From a virus (lineage: Duplodnaviria > Caudoviricetes), in IMG/VR virus record IMGVR_UViG_3300037721_000043, positions 4,162-68,161 of that record: DNA of 64,000 bases. The stretch is one strand, 5' to 3'. Positions within the stretch are counted from its first letter, which is position 1. Each line of letters opens with the position of its first letter. A program made the position numbers and the translations under genes. Positions 30,550 to 39,163 of the stretch are shown here, piece by piece. The notes beneath the pieces were generated by a model, which did not search any database, was not told the DNA's origin, and saw nothing but the letters and a program-made list of their open reading frames with translations.

Positions 30550-31044
30550 ATGGCAATAAGTACAAATGTATCAAAACCGCCGAAGAAAAAGAAGACCAAA
30601 ACGGTCATCGGCTTGAAGGTGACCTCTGAGAAGCCGACGGCTAAGCAGGGCACAATGACTCCCAGCACAGAGAAAAAGGTGTTCAAACCGGCGGACGTTC
30701 GTACTGGTGACAAACGCTATGGAAAGGAAAGTGCAACTAATCCCACTCCTGGATTCGTGAAGAAGGCGCAAGGAGCGAAGGTTGACATTGCGACAAAAAA
30801 TGGTAAGGATTACCGCGCGGGGTACACCACTACCCAGAAGGAACCGGCAAAGTTTGCCTCGGTTCAGAAGCTGCCGAAGGTGAAGGCAAAGTTGGATATC
30901 CGGACCAACGTGGAGGCTGATAAGACAAAATCATCTAAATCTAAGACCGGCAAGCTGAAAGCTATGGCTATGACATACGGTACAGACAGCCCGAAAAAAG
31001 GCGGTGGGACGAAATACAAGAAGAAGGTTAAAGCCAGGAAATAG
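30550..31044 (+). CDS. Highly basic Lys-rich protein, 164 aa
   Basis: Start re-called at MAISTNVSKPPKKKK; K/T/A-rich; followed directly by a bidirectional terminator. Confidence 0.6.
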   Translation: MAISTNVSKPPKKKKTKTVIGLKVTSEKPTAKQGTMTPSTEKKVFKPADVRTGDKRYGKESATNPTPGFVKKAQGAKVDIATKNGKDYRAGYTTTQKEPAKFASVQKLPKVKAKLDIRTNVEADKTKSSKSKTGKLKAMAMTYGTDSPKKGGGTKYKKKVKARK

Positions 31045-31069
31045 CTGTGATTTGCTAAAAATGTAAACG

Positions 31070-31095
31070 AAAAAGCCCCATAGTTGGGGCTTTTT
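31070..31095. terminator. Bidirectional terminator
   Basis: AAAAAGCCCCA-tagt-TGGGGCTTTTT between convergent genes. Confidence 0.85.
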
Positions 31096-31156
31096 GTTGT
31101 CCTTCTAGGTTGCGATCTGAATGACTTACTGTACTTGACAATGCAATATACAATTT

Positions 31157-31669
31157 TTACTTCTTCGCATTCGTCGTCGCATAGAATATCTCGATATCGT
31201 TGTCGTGCACCGACGCCCAGTTGTGCTTCTTCCGGCGCTTCTCACTGAGGAGATAGTTGCCAAAGGCAATCATATCAGCGCGGTTGAACGATGCTGGTAC
31301 AAGCGAGTTGATATCCACCTCTACCAGTTCTTCGCCTTGGTGGCGATACCACTTACCGTCAGCAGCGGATTTGAATACCTCGTCCACAGGGGATGTGCCG
31401 AAGTTGTCCTCGGCGATGGCGCCTTTCTCGCGGACGGGGCGGTTCATGCCGCCGTCTACCGCCAGGGCCTCTGGGTGGTCACCTTCAGTTTTGTTTGCAA
31501 AATCAGTGAAGTTTGCGGTTTTACCGTCTGACTTCTGAGGATTGTAGGTTGGGTCATCTGGACGTTCGTTGTATGGTTCGTCCGGAACACCGGCTGTCTG
31601 GGTATTGAGCAGCGGGGATTCGTCGCCAGAGTGATCTACTGGGTCGGTTGCTTTTTTATTCTTGTTCAT
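31157..31669 (-). CDS. Hypothetical protein (ADM.AFGNYLLS motif)
   Basis: Acidic disordered N-terminus; C-terminal motif shared with 45525-45938. Confidence 0.6.
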   Translation of the reverse strand: MNKNKKATDPVDHSGDESPLLNTQTAGVPDEPYNERPDDPTYNPQKSDGKTANFTDFANKTEGDHPEALAVDGGMNRPVREKGAIAEDNFGTSPVDEVFKSAADGKWYRHQGEELVEVDINSLVPASFNRADMIAFGNYLLSEKRRKKHNWASVHDNDIEIFYATTNAKK

Positions 31670-31712
31670 AGCTATGAGTTTATGGTGCTAAGGTAATAAT
31701 CGTGCCTGTGGA

Positions 31713-31910
31713 TTAATCAGTTTTTACCAATTTCAGGCCAAGTTCTTCCTGATCGAAAATATACAATCCCTCTATTGGGATGCTGTACTCATTTTCTTGG
31801 TCGACGATCATCTGTATCTCATCCTTGTAGATATTGATTACCCAGTCGTCTGTCACTCCGCTCTTTCTTTCGAGCCGTTCAATAGCATCTTTCAGTTGTC
31901 CTAATGTCAT
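31713..31910 (-). CDS. Hypothetical protein
   Basis: MTLGQLKDAIERL N-terminus, common in small phage proteins. Confidence 0.5.
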   Translation of the reverse strand: MTLGQLKDAIERLERKSGVTDDWVINIYKDEIQMIVDQENEYSIPIEGLYIFDQEELGLKLVKTD

Positions 31911-31919
31911 ATTATTTAG

Positions 31920-32279
31920 TTAATCAATTCTAGCACAATAAACCCCATTAACCTCAGCGATTCCTATTCGTCTAACCCGGCGGCTTAAGATCGCCTTGCG
32001 ATGGGATTTGCTGTTCATCCATGCCTCGATCGGATCATCGGACGTAGTCAGCACCTCGTATCTGGCGAGCATACGTATCGGCCCATGAACAAGTTTGCCG
32101 TGATACTTCACCTGCATAATGCGTAACCATTCGGCTGCCTGTTGCTCTAACACCGAGTCACGCTTTATGGGCATACGAAGATGCTTGATTCGCTCACGGT
32201 TCAGTTGATCATACTGAGGCGTCTGGGCGTGGCTAAGGATAGCTGTAAATGATAATAGTATTACCGCGAGGATTTTCAT
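31920..32279 (-). CDS. Secreted CAP/SCP-domain protein
   Basis: Signal peptide; LN.ER...L...A...A.M and AWMNSKSHRKAIL...IGI motifs. Confidence 0.75.
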   Translation of the reverse strand: MKILAVILLSFTAILSHAQTPQYDQLNRERIKHLRMPIKRDSVLEQQAAEWLRIMQVKYHGKLVHGPIRMLARYEVLTTSDDPIEAWMNSKSHRKAILSRRVRRIGIAEVNGVYCARID

Positions 32280-32835
32280 GAATCATTTTATGTTGAGTGG
32301 CCACAAGCGAGAAATGGTAAAGGAGCACCGAGATAACGAATATCAGTATCTTACTACCAAGCCACAATATACATCTAACATGCGGGCTGAATTTACTGAA
32401 CCATTTGTCAATCATCGAGGTGTTATAGTAACTGCTTACATAGAAAAGTGATTTACCCCTATGATAGTTTAATAGAAAGTCAAACAGTAGCCAGAATATA
32501 GCGCCTAAGTAAATCCATCCAAATAGCGATCCGGATTGGAAATCCGATACTCCGAATGCCAGCATGTGAATCAGAATCGATATTGTGCCCGCAATAATAG
32601 ATCTTGTCCAGAACCGATCGAAGTGGTTAATCTCTTTGCCGGCAGCAATACGGATTGACTCACGGTACGCATGCAGGTTGATCGTCCAGAATGACCCGAC
32701 AAATAGTCCTACGATCATGAGTCCTGTCTTGTCGGAGTAGCCGTTAACATAGAACGACATTATACCGATTCCGATAAACCAGGCGATGAAGTTGCCTACG
32801 ATAGGATGGTAGAGGAAGTTGTTTTGTAGTTTCAT
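32233..32835 (-). CDS. Multi-pass membrane protein
   Basis: About five hydrophobic segments. Confidence 0.6.
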   Translation of the reverse strand: MKLQNNFLYHPIVGNFIAWFIGIGIMSFYVNGYSDKTGLMIVGLFVGSFWTINLHAYRESIRIAAGKEINHFDRFWTRSIIAGTISILIHMLAFGVSDFQSGSLFGWIYLGAIFWLLFDFLLNYHRGKSLFYVSSYYNTSMIDKWFSKFSPHVRCILWLGSKILIFVISVLLYHFSLVATQHKMIHENPRGNTIIIYSYP

Positions 32836-33119
32836 AATTTTAATTCTAAATACTCTTCAAAAGAATCCACTGTATATGCTTCGAATCCCTGCGCTTGTAA
32901 TTGCTCATGTCGGAACACCTGCAGCGGCTCAGCGATTTTATCTTTCTGTTTCACCTCTATGAATACGGCTCGGCCATTCTTTAACGCCTCGCAGTCATTG
33001 AACCCAGGATGGTTACACCGAATTATCTTGATTACAAACCACCCATTCTTCTGCAGGTGATTAATGATTTTCTCCTGTACTTTGCTCTCCAGCATTGGAT
33101 CGTTCTTTATCTCTTGCAA
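32832..33119 (-). CDS. VRR-NUC domain nuclease
   Basis: ESKVQ.KI...L...GW...GF.D......G.A.FIEVK...LQ...H.QL...GF. Confidence 0.85.
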   Translation of the reverse strand: MQEIKNDPMLESKVQEKIINHLQKNGWFVIKIIRCNHPGFNDCEALKNGRAVFIEVKQKDKIAEPLQVFRHEQLQAQGFEAYTVDSFEEYLELKL

Positions 33120-33868
33120 CGCATAATGTTTCTATATAATGAAAATCGTCTAATGTGAAGTCGCCTTTCTTATCATTAACCGCCTCGACGACTGCAACAA
33201 TAACCTCCGCACTATAACAACTCATTTGGAATCCCGCCATTCTAAAGGCCATCATCATGTACTTAGTTTTCTCGTCTGGTGTCATAATACATCTTTTAAG
33301 GTTGCTTTATCGATTGCTTGGCCGGAGTTGATTAGCCCGAACAAGTCAAATCCTTTGCTTAATAAATACCGGAATCCACGAGCCATGCCCTGTCGTCCTG
33401 AAGATTCTGTATCTGACTCACAAAATCTTGTCAGGAGATATTCCTCTCGCTGCTCTTCTTCGGTCATAGATGTAATATGACGAAGAATGAATTTAACTTC
33501 CTCCATCTTAAAAGCAAATTGGATGTCCCCACGATCAACAACAATAGGGTTATACATTGTATCATCAATGCCGGTTTTTGTATACACATACTTACAAATA
33601 CCATATGGTGTTTTAACATCACACCCAGTATACAAATGCCAATCAGTGAACTTGCTCATATTTTCTCGTTATCATGAAATCCCTTCCAAAAATCTTGTCC
33701 AACCGGGGTCCGATGAACATTATCTCCGGGCCTCGTATGCGTGGTCTTACATTTGTTGCACTTGTACTTTATGTAGACGTAATCTTTTGTAAGTCCACTT
33801 TTTAGCTTCCGCTTTCGGATCGACTTAATTTCGCTCATTGAATCTCCACACTTTTTGCACAGTTCCAT
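33061..33868 (-). other. Three small hypothetical ORFs (33061-33285, 33282-33659, 33656-33868; the last a Zn-ribbon)
   Basis: Overlapping start/stop coupling; CKKC...CNKC in the last. Confidence 0.55.
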
Positions 33869-33878
33869 GACCCAAACT

Positions 33879-33896
33879 TACTAAAATATTTTAGTA
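33879..33896. promoter_or_regulatory. Palindromic operator TACTAAAATATTTTAGTA
   Basis: Perfect 18-bp palindrome next to a leftward TAnnTTTG (-7) element at 33900-33907; recurs elsewhere. Confidence 0.65.
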
Positions 33897-33950
33897 TAAC
33901 AAATTTATTTTAAATTGCTTTAGGCATAGTTTTTTAACGTAAATAGCATC

Positions 33951-34211
33951 ATGGCTTTCAATACGTACCATATCCACTTCCATACATACGACCCAAAAAT
34001 CGATAAGAAATTAACAAAGATTATGGCATCCCTCGCACAATTTGAGCAAGCTCTATCCAGGATAGACCAAGCTACCAGAAACCAAGGACTCACAGAGGAG
34101 CAAGAAACGGCGCTTTTGTCACGCACCGAAGGACTTGCCTCAGCACTGGAAGCCATGGGTAAAAGCCCTGAGAATCCAGTACCTGAAGAACCTAATGGCC
34201 CGGTAGTTTAA
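33951..34211 (+). CDS. Small coiled-coil hypothetical protein
   Basis: Rightward ORF followed by a hairpin terminator (about 34217-34245). Confidence 0.55.
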   Translation: MAFNTYHIHFHTYDPKIDKKLTKIMASLAQFEQALSRIDQATRNQGLTEEQETALLSRTEGLASALEAMGKSPENPVPEEPNGPVV

Positions 34212-34256
34212 TCTTAGAAAACGCGCCCCGAACAGGCGCTTTTCTTAGCCTTGAAA

Positions 34257-34274
34257 TACTAACATATTTTAGTA
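34257..34274. promoter_or_regulatory. Operator copy (1 mismatch)
   Basis: TACTAACATATTTTAGTA upstream of the lipoprotein gene. Confidence 0.6.
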
Positions 34275-34297
34275 TGTTTACAGGAAAAATACTCCGT

Positions 34298-34759
34298 ATG
34301 AAATCAATAATAATTCTATCCGCGATCATTTTAGTATCCTGCTACTCCGGCATGGACGATGACTACACGTATGTTGACCCAGCCATACGGCCTTATTTTG
34401 ATGATTTTATCAGGCAGGCGGCAGCCCGGGGGATTGAAATCGACACTTTTGGAGCGAAGGTATGCTTTGGACCTATGAATAAGGAGGGACGCCAGGGATA
34501 CACATCACACCGGTACAATCAGGTGTTTATAGACTCATCCAGCTACAAGTGGAAAAGCCATCCAGAAACCATTATTTTTCATGAACTTGGGCACCTATTT
34601 CTTCACCGTGAGCATAATGACTACAGGGTAGAATTTAACCCCACATCGATCATGGACAGCAGGGAGATACCGGAGTATGCGCTTGGTCGACCGGAGCTTC
34701 GTGAGTACTACCTGGATGAGCTCTTTGACCCAAATACTCGCCTGCCGGATGAGTTTTGA
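34298..34759 (+). CDS. Lipoprotein zinc metallopeptidase (HExxH)
   Basis: Signal MKSIIILSAIILVS-C; HELGHLFLHREH; Met-turn-like SIMD. Confidence 0.7.
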   Translation: MKSIIILSAIILVSCYSGMDDDYTYVDPAIRPYFDDFIRQAAARGIEIDTFGAKVCFGPMNKEGRQGYTSHRYNQVFIDSSSYKWKSHPETIIFHELGHLFLHREHNDYRVEFNPTSIMDSREIPEYALGRPELREYYLDELFDPNTRLPDEF

Positions 34760-36039
34760 TATTTTACGGTCTTTTTTGGGAACTTGATATCAAAATCCTT
34801 CACGAAATACGCCGCCGTGTAATCCTTCTTCTCAACAACCGACTTGTACACATACTCCTCGATACCTTGCTCGCTGAAGATCCAGTACATCTTACTAGCC
34901 TTGACCCGGTCCTTCGTCTGCATCCGGGCACGTACCTGCCAGTAGGTCATGGCGCTGAAGTCGATGTTGTACATAACCAAGGCGTCCGCCGTTGATATAT
35001 TGATGCCCATGCTGCCGGCCTTCATTTGGCAAATAAATGTCAGGTGACTCGATGCGTTAAAGTCTTCCGGCACATCCGTATATTCAGGGAACACCTTTTT
35101 CAATACCTCAAACTCTTGCTTGAATAAGTAGTAGATAGCGATCTTCTGCCCAGCGAACCTGGTTTTAATGAACCATGCCTTCGACTCATCCAAAGCATGA
35201 TAGATCCTTTCCTCTTGACTCAGGTCGCTTGCGATTACTGTCCCAGAGCTTATCTGATGGAACAAAGACTGCATCCGTACCTTCGTATCCGCGACTATGT
35301 AATCACCGCACTTCATCTTGTACACCTTGTCCTTTTTCAGGACAGCCATCAGCTGATACATCCGCGCGTCGATAGGAACCTTTATTATTTCTTCCTCAAC
35401 GTAGCTAACAAACCCTGCCTCTTCTTGAGAGAACTGGACCATATACGGACGTACTGCATCTTTAACCTCTTTCTCTTTGGCTTCGGAGTAGTCGTTGATG
35501 TCGAATCCGTTGATGAATTTTTTTGTGACATTTACAAAGTCTTTTGACCATTTGTAGAAATTAGTGTACCGCTGGAATGGTCCGTGTTGGCTGACCCAAA
35601 ACTGGTGGTAGAGCTGTGAATATGTCTCCGGGTTGGGGGTTCCGCTCATCAGCAGAACGTCAGACGTCCCGATCAACTCGCGCAGTTTCTTTGTCCTCCC
35701 GGAAGGTTTGGCGAAGGCGCCCAGGCTATGGGCCTCGTCTATGATGTACAGGTCGTACTCATGCGCCAGGGTGTGTACCTGCTCGAAGTTGGTGACCGTA
35801 AACTTATCGAAATGGTAACCCGAGTCGCGATAATCAGTCTCGATGCTGGAGATGGCTTTCTTTTTGGTGATAAAGCACACCCGGCCGTAGTACCGGTGGT
35901 TGGACGTGTGCGCCACTGACAGCGCCATGATGGTCTTACCGGTTCTAACCTCTGCTGCCAGGTAGGCGATGTGGTACTTCGCCAATACACTGATCGTCTC
36001 GTCTACTTTTACTTTCTGCTCAGGACGGAGTTGTATCAT
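34708..36039 (-). CDS. SF2 (SNF2/DEAD-like) helicase
   Basis: VRTGKT (Walker A), IIDEAH, LMSGTP, QVRARM. Confidence 0.85.
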   Translation of the reverse strand: MIQLRPEQKVKVDETISVLAKYHIAYLAAEVRTGKTIMALSVAHTSNHRYYGRVCFITKKKAISSIETDYRDSGYHFDKFTVTNFEQVHTLAHEYDLYIIDEAHSLGAFAKPSGRTKKLRELIGTSDVLLMSGTPNPETYSQLYHQFWVSQHGPFQRYTNFYKWSKDFVNVTKKFINGFDINDYSEAKEKEVKDAVRPYMVQFSQEEAGFVSYVEEEIIKVPIDARMYQLMAVLKKDKVYKMKCGDYIVADTKVRMQSLFHQISSGTVIASDLSQEERIYHALDESKAWFIKTRFAGQKIAIYYLFKQEFEVLKKVFPEYTDVPEDFNASSHLTFICQMKAGSMGINISTADALVMYNIDFSAMTYWQVRARMQTKDRVKASKMYWIFSEQGIEEYVYKSVVEKKDYTAAYFVKDFDIKFPKKTVKYQNSSGRRVFGSKSSSR

Positions 36040-36323
36040 TGGCCTATCTTTTTGAACTCCTCAGGAGTCATGTGCTCAATGCCTTCGTTTAACTTCCATT
36101 CATTCTTTTCTTTGTCATGAGTCCATGGCGCAAAAAGCCGTGTTATTGCATCCATGAGGTTGTTATCCTCCGTGTCCTCTACGCAGAACAAGAATGTACC
36201 ATCCTCATCGTAAAAAGAAACAACATCACAGCCTAAATTATGATGTGAGTACAATGTCCTTTTGTCCCGGCTGCCGTAGGCACCTTCTACTTCGTACGTT
36301 GTTTTTAGTCTGTAATGGCTCAT
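36036..36323 (-). CDS. Hypothetical protein
   Basis: Start re-called at MSHYRLK; coupled to neighbours. Confidence 0.5.
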   Translation of the reverse strand: MSHYRLKTTYEVEGAYGSRDKRTLYSHHNLGCDVVSFYDEDGTFLFCVEDTEDNNLMDAITRLFAPWTHDKEKNEWKLNEGIEHMTPEEFKKIGQ

Positions 36324-36925
36324 AAATTCATATCCCCTATGTAAGTGTCCCACATTTTTTTAGATGCCGCCAGCTTCTTGGTGCCGCTTTTGAAGTACGG
36401 ATGGTCTTTGTCCACCAGTCGCTTGAACAGTCGGTCCGGGTAAGCCTTGCTGACCCCGGCGATCAAATAGAACTTATGCCTGACGATCGGCATGTACCAC
36501 GCGACTGCCTGATCATAATCAAAGTGATAGATAGCCTCCTCGAATGATTTGTCAGTATTTACCGCCAGGCCCTTGTATTCGAAGATCACGGAGCCTTGCT
36601 TACTGTCGCCGTCGGTCTTGCAGCGCACGCCTTTGAGCCCATGGGTATTTATCCGGTACCACTCATGCTCGCGCCGGAAGTCGGGCAGCAGGATGATCTT
36701 AGCGCACAGCCTGTCGCGCAGGACCGTATCAGCCATCTCTTTGGCCAGCGGATATTTTGCGTGTGTCTTATCGCACTTGTATGGCTCCAGCAGGGCTTGG
36801 TGATTGATCGTGCCGGCGTGGTAGATCTCATCCAGGTTGACAGGTGGCTGGAACTTCGGATCAACTTTGGCCCGAAGTTCCTTTAGGTTTGAGTTTGATA
36901 CGAAGTGGTGGTCGAAGTAGTCCAT
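36320..36925 (-). CDS. PD-(D/E)XK exonuclease (RecE/ExoVIII C-terminal-like)
   Basis: VSNSNLK, GT..HQA.LEP, VRCKTDG...IFEYK, YD.Q.AWY. Confidence 0.75.
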   Translation of the reverse strand: MDYFDHHFVSNSNLKELRAKVDPKFQPPVNLDEIYHAGTINHQALLEPYKCDKTHAKYPLAKEMADTVLRDRLCAKIILLPDFRREHEWYRINTHGLKGVRCKTDGDSKQGSVIFEYKGLAVNTDKSFEEAIYHFDYDQAVAWYMPIVRHKFYLIAGVSKAYPDRLFKRLVDKDHPYFKSGTKKLAASKKMWDTYIGDMNL

Positions 36926-37092
36926 CAGTCAGACCCCCAACGTTTTTTGGCTAGCTCCTTATATCGACGCAAGTCTATATCATAATCATCAGTGTACCTC
37001 CAAATGAGTATGTAATCCAGAGTTACTATTTCTCTCCACTCTTCGGCGGTGAGCCCGCCCCGTATGTCTTTTGAGTCGTATGGTTCTGTCAT
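36925..37092 (-). CDS. 55-aa hypothetical protein
   Basis: Manual translation MTEPYDSKDIRGG...KRWGSD; TGATG overlap with the next gene. Confidence 0.55.
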   Translation of the reverse strand: MTEPYDSKDIRGGLTAEEWREIVTLDYILIWRYTDDYDIDLRRYKELAKKRWGSD

Positions 37093-37093
37093 A

Positions 37094-38365
37094 TTACTTA
37101 CGTATCGTTATCTTAGCCACTTTCACCAAGTCCATCCCCTCAATCGATACATCACAGTTGTTGGCCACGAAGTCGAACCACCACTGGATCTCGTCTTTCA
37201 GCAGGAAGGCGCCTGTCTCCTCGTCGAGTACGCGCTGCTTCTTTTTATCCAGCTTGTATATGCCAGGGAAGTTCTCATTGATCATGGCGTGGTAGATGGC
37301 GTTGCATAGCGCTTTGGCCAGCATCTTCTCATCCTTCACCACGTACTTCTTCTTGGTCGGCGCCGTTTCGATCGTCTGTACTGTGGCCTGCTCCACGAAC
37401 TCATTCTGCATCTTGGACATCGTGGCCTCGGACTCGATGTCTTTTTTGGCCTCTTCGGAGGCTTGAGCAAGGGCAGCATCCACGTTCTTTGTCTCCTCCG
37501 CCTGCGCTGCCGCTTGCTCTGTTTTTAGCCTCTCTCTCTCCGCCTCATCCTTCGCGTTTGCCACTGCGATTAAATCTTCCTTGATCTTAGGTATCTTGGC
37601 TCGCCACTCGTTTATGGTGGGAGTGATTGCTTCTATGACGCGCTCATTCCAGATGTCGTATGTTTCTTCAGTTTTGATGCCTTCTTTCCATGCTACGTAT
37701 TCATCAGGGGTGATGATGGCGGTATTGGCTTGGATATTAAAGCACGCATCGTATGTCTCCTGTTTGAGCCTGATTTTAGCTGACAAGAAGTTCTTGGACC
37801 GATCTTCGAAAGTCTCCAGCGTGGTGGCATTCCAGAAGTCGCGCGATCCGGAGTCAGCCTGCTTTACGCGGTCGATCAGCATCTGGGATAGATTCTTTCT
37901 AACCTGTGTGGTGAGGTCAACCTTATGATTCTCCAGGTCCTTTTTGCGCTTTGCGATCGCCTCTTGCTGGGTCTTGTAGGCCAGCTTTTTGTTCTCAATG
38001 GCGACCAGTAAGTTCCGGTTTTTGGCGTACAGGTTGTCTTTCTCTTTGTCGGAGACAGCCTTCTCGTACTCCATGATCTCTTTTTTGAACTCATCGAGCG
38101 GCCCAGTGATCTCCATTCGCTGGGAGTTCCACAAGTCGTATGCCTTCTTGCAGGCAGACAGCGTGCCAGTGGTTGCCTCGGCCAATGCCTCAAGGTCATC
38201 GTTTGGCGATCCGTCGTAGTCTTTCACCGCGGCGGCCAGGGAGTCGTATCGCTCCTGAAGTTTTGCCACAGCCCGGTCTCGGCCGGTCTGCATCGACGGA
38301 ACATACTTATTAATTTTCTCTACGATCGATTCAATTTTCGCAGGCAGGTTCTGTTGTTCGGTCAT
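37094..38365 (-). CDS. Coiled-coil protein of the recombination module
   Basis: 423 aa helical; R.EIT.PLD.FKK motif typical of coiled-coil proteins beside phage recombinases. Confidence 0.6.
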   Translation of the reverse strand: MTEQQNLPAKIESIVEKINKYVPSMQTGRDRAVAKLQERYDSLAAAVKDYDGSPNDDLEALAEATTGTLSACKKAYDLWNSQRMEITGPLDEFKKEIMEYEKAVSDKEKDNLYAKNRNLLVAIENKKLAYKTQQEAIAKRKKDLENHKVDLTTQVRKNLSQMLIDRVKQADSGSRDFWNATTLETFEDRSKNFLSAKIRLKQETYDACFNIQANTAIITPDEYVAWKEGIKTEETYDIWNERVIEAITPTINEWRAKIPKIKEDLIAVANAKDEAERERLKTEQAAAQAEETKNVDAALAQASEEAKKDIESEATMSKMQNEFVEQATVQTIETAPTKKKYVVKDEKMLAKALCNAIYHAMINENFPGIYKLDKKKQRVLDEETGAFLLKDEIQWWFDFVANNCDVSIEGMDLVKVAKITIRK

Positions 38366-38370
38366 TGTAT

Positions 38371-38574
38371 CTATATCTTAAAAACTTTTTCTCCTTGATC
38401 CGACTCATTAAGTCCAGTCCACTGACTGCGCGGATTTGATAATGATCTCCATGTAGCAACTGGACGTTTTGAAACTTTACCAAAAACCCGATTTGAATGA
38501 AGTGTATACACATCCAAATCACCGTGCTGGTCGATGCCTTTCTGTAGGATACTTATGAGTTCGGATGCTTTCAT
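38371..38574 (-). CDS. Hypothetical protein
   Basis: MKASELI..L...I..HGDL.V N-terminus; start uncertain. Confidence 0.5.
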   Translation of the reverse strand: MKASELISILQKGIDQHGDLDVYTLHSNRVFGKVSKRPVATWRSLSNPRSQWTGLNESDQGEKVFKI

Positions 38575-38719
38575 TTCTCCAGCCATTTTTGGATGTGGAT
38601 TATAACTAGTCCTTGAAGAACACCTACTATAAAAGCCACACCCCATATAAGCGACACAAATTGCCAGTTGTCTGCAAACATCTGAAGTACGGTCTTTTCT
38701 TCAATCATAACATAGTCTT

Positions 38720-38748
38720 AAAAAAGCCCCGGCATGCATGCCGGGACT
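38720..38748 (-). terminator. Intrinsic terminator closing the ncRNA locus
   Basis: AGTCCCGGCATGCATGCCGGGGCT followed by TTTTT on minus. Confidence 0.75.
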
Positions 38749-39011
38749 AATGGTTGGATAGGTTTTAACAAAACCCATACTGTTGGAGACTGCTTTAAGA
38801 CTGAATCTTTTATCTCCTGCCACCCGGCCAGTATGGGCTGAATCTTTAATGCCACATTTGTAATTAACCCGCGCGATCAAACGGGGTTTAGGTTGAAAAA
38901 GCATCTTGGATTCACAAGTTCTCGGCCCATGCACGATGCCCGTACTGGGACTTATCCGCCATGGTGCCAAAGGTGCATCACTACCGACTCTTAATCGGTC
39001 GATTGCCTTCC

Positions 39012-39081
39012 TGGTGGAGTATAGTGAGTCGAACACTCCTTACATTGATCGTGCACACACAATGCAATCCCCGGTTACCCC
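39012..39081 (-). ncRNA. 70-nt tRNA-Ala/tmRNA-TLD-like RNA with encoded CCA
   Basis: GGGGTA/TACTCC acceptor stem with G3-U70, discriminator A, CCA; T-arm AGTG-TTCGACT-CACT; no D-stem; 8-bp TTGCATTG/CAATGTAA stem. Confidence 0.65.
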
Positions 39082-39086
39082 ATTAT

Positions 39087-39161
39087 AAAAAACGCCAGGC
39101 AACAAACGACATATGTCTTTATCCATAAGCGAAGTAACACATATCTACGGCACTGGCGTTT
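39087..39161 (-). ncRNA. Large-loop hairpin with 3' U-tract
   Basis: AAACGCCAG/CTGGCGTTT 9-bp stem, inner ATATGT/ACATAT stem, then T-tract. Confidence 0.5.
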
Positions 39162-39163
39162 AG

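Noticed and set aside
30310-30713. 5' extensions of the ORFs at 30310 (+) and 30713 (-)
   Set aside because: Each extension is the antisense read of the other gene; starts re-called at 30550 and 30539.
38983-38999. ACCGA-CTCTTAA-TCGGT, resembling a tRNA-Lys(CTT) anticodon arm
   Set aside because: No flanking D-arm, T-arm or acceptor stem on either strand; kept only as part of the structured region.
38701-39036. 111-aa minus ORF
   Set aside because: It starts inside the T-arm of the tRNA-like RNA and runs through a terminator; no protein-like features.
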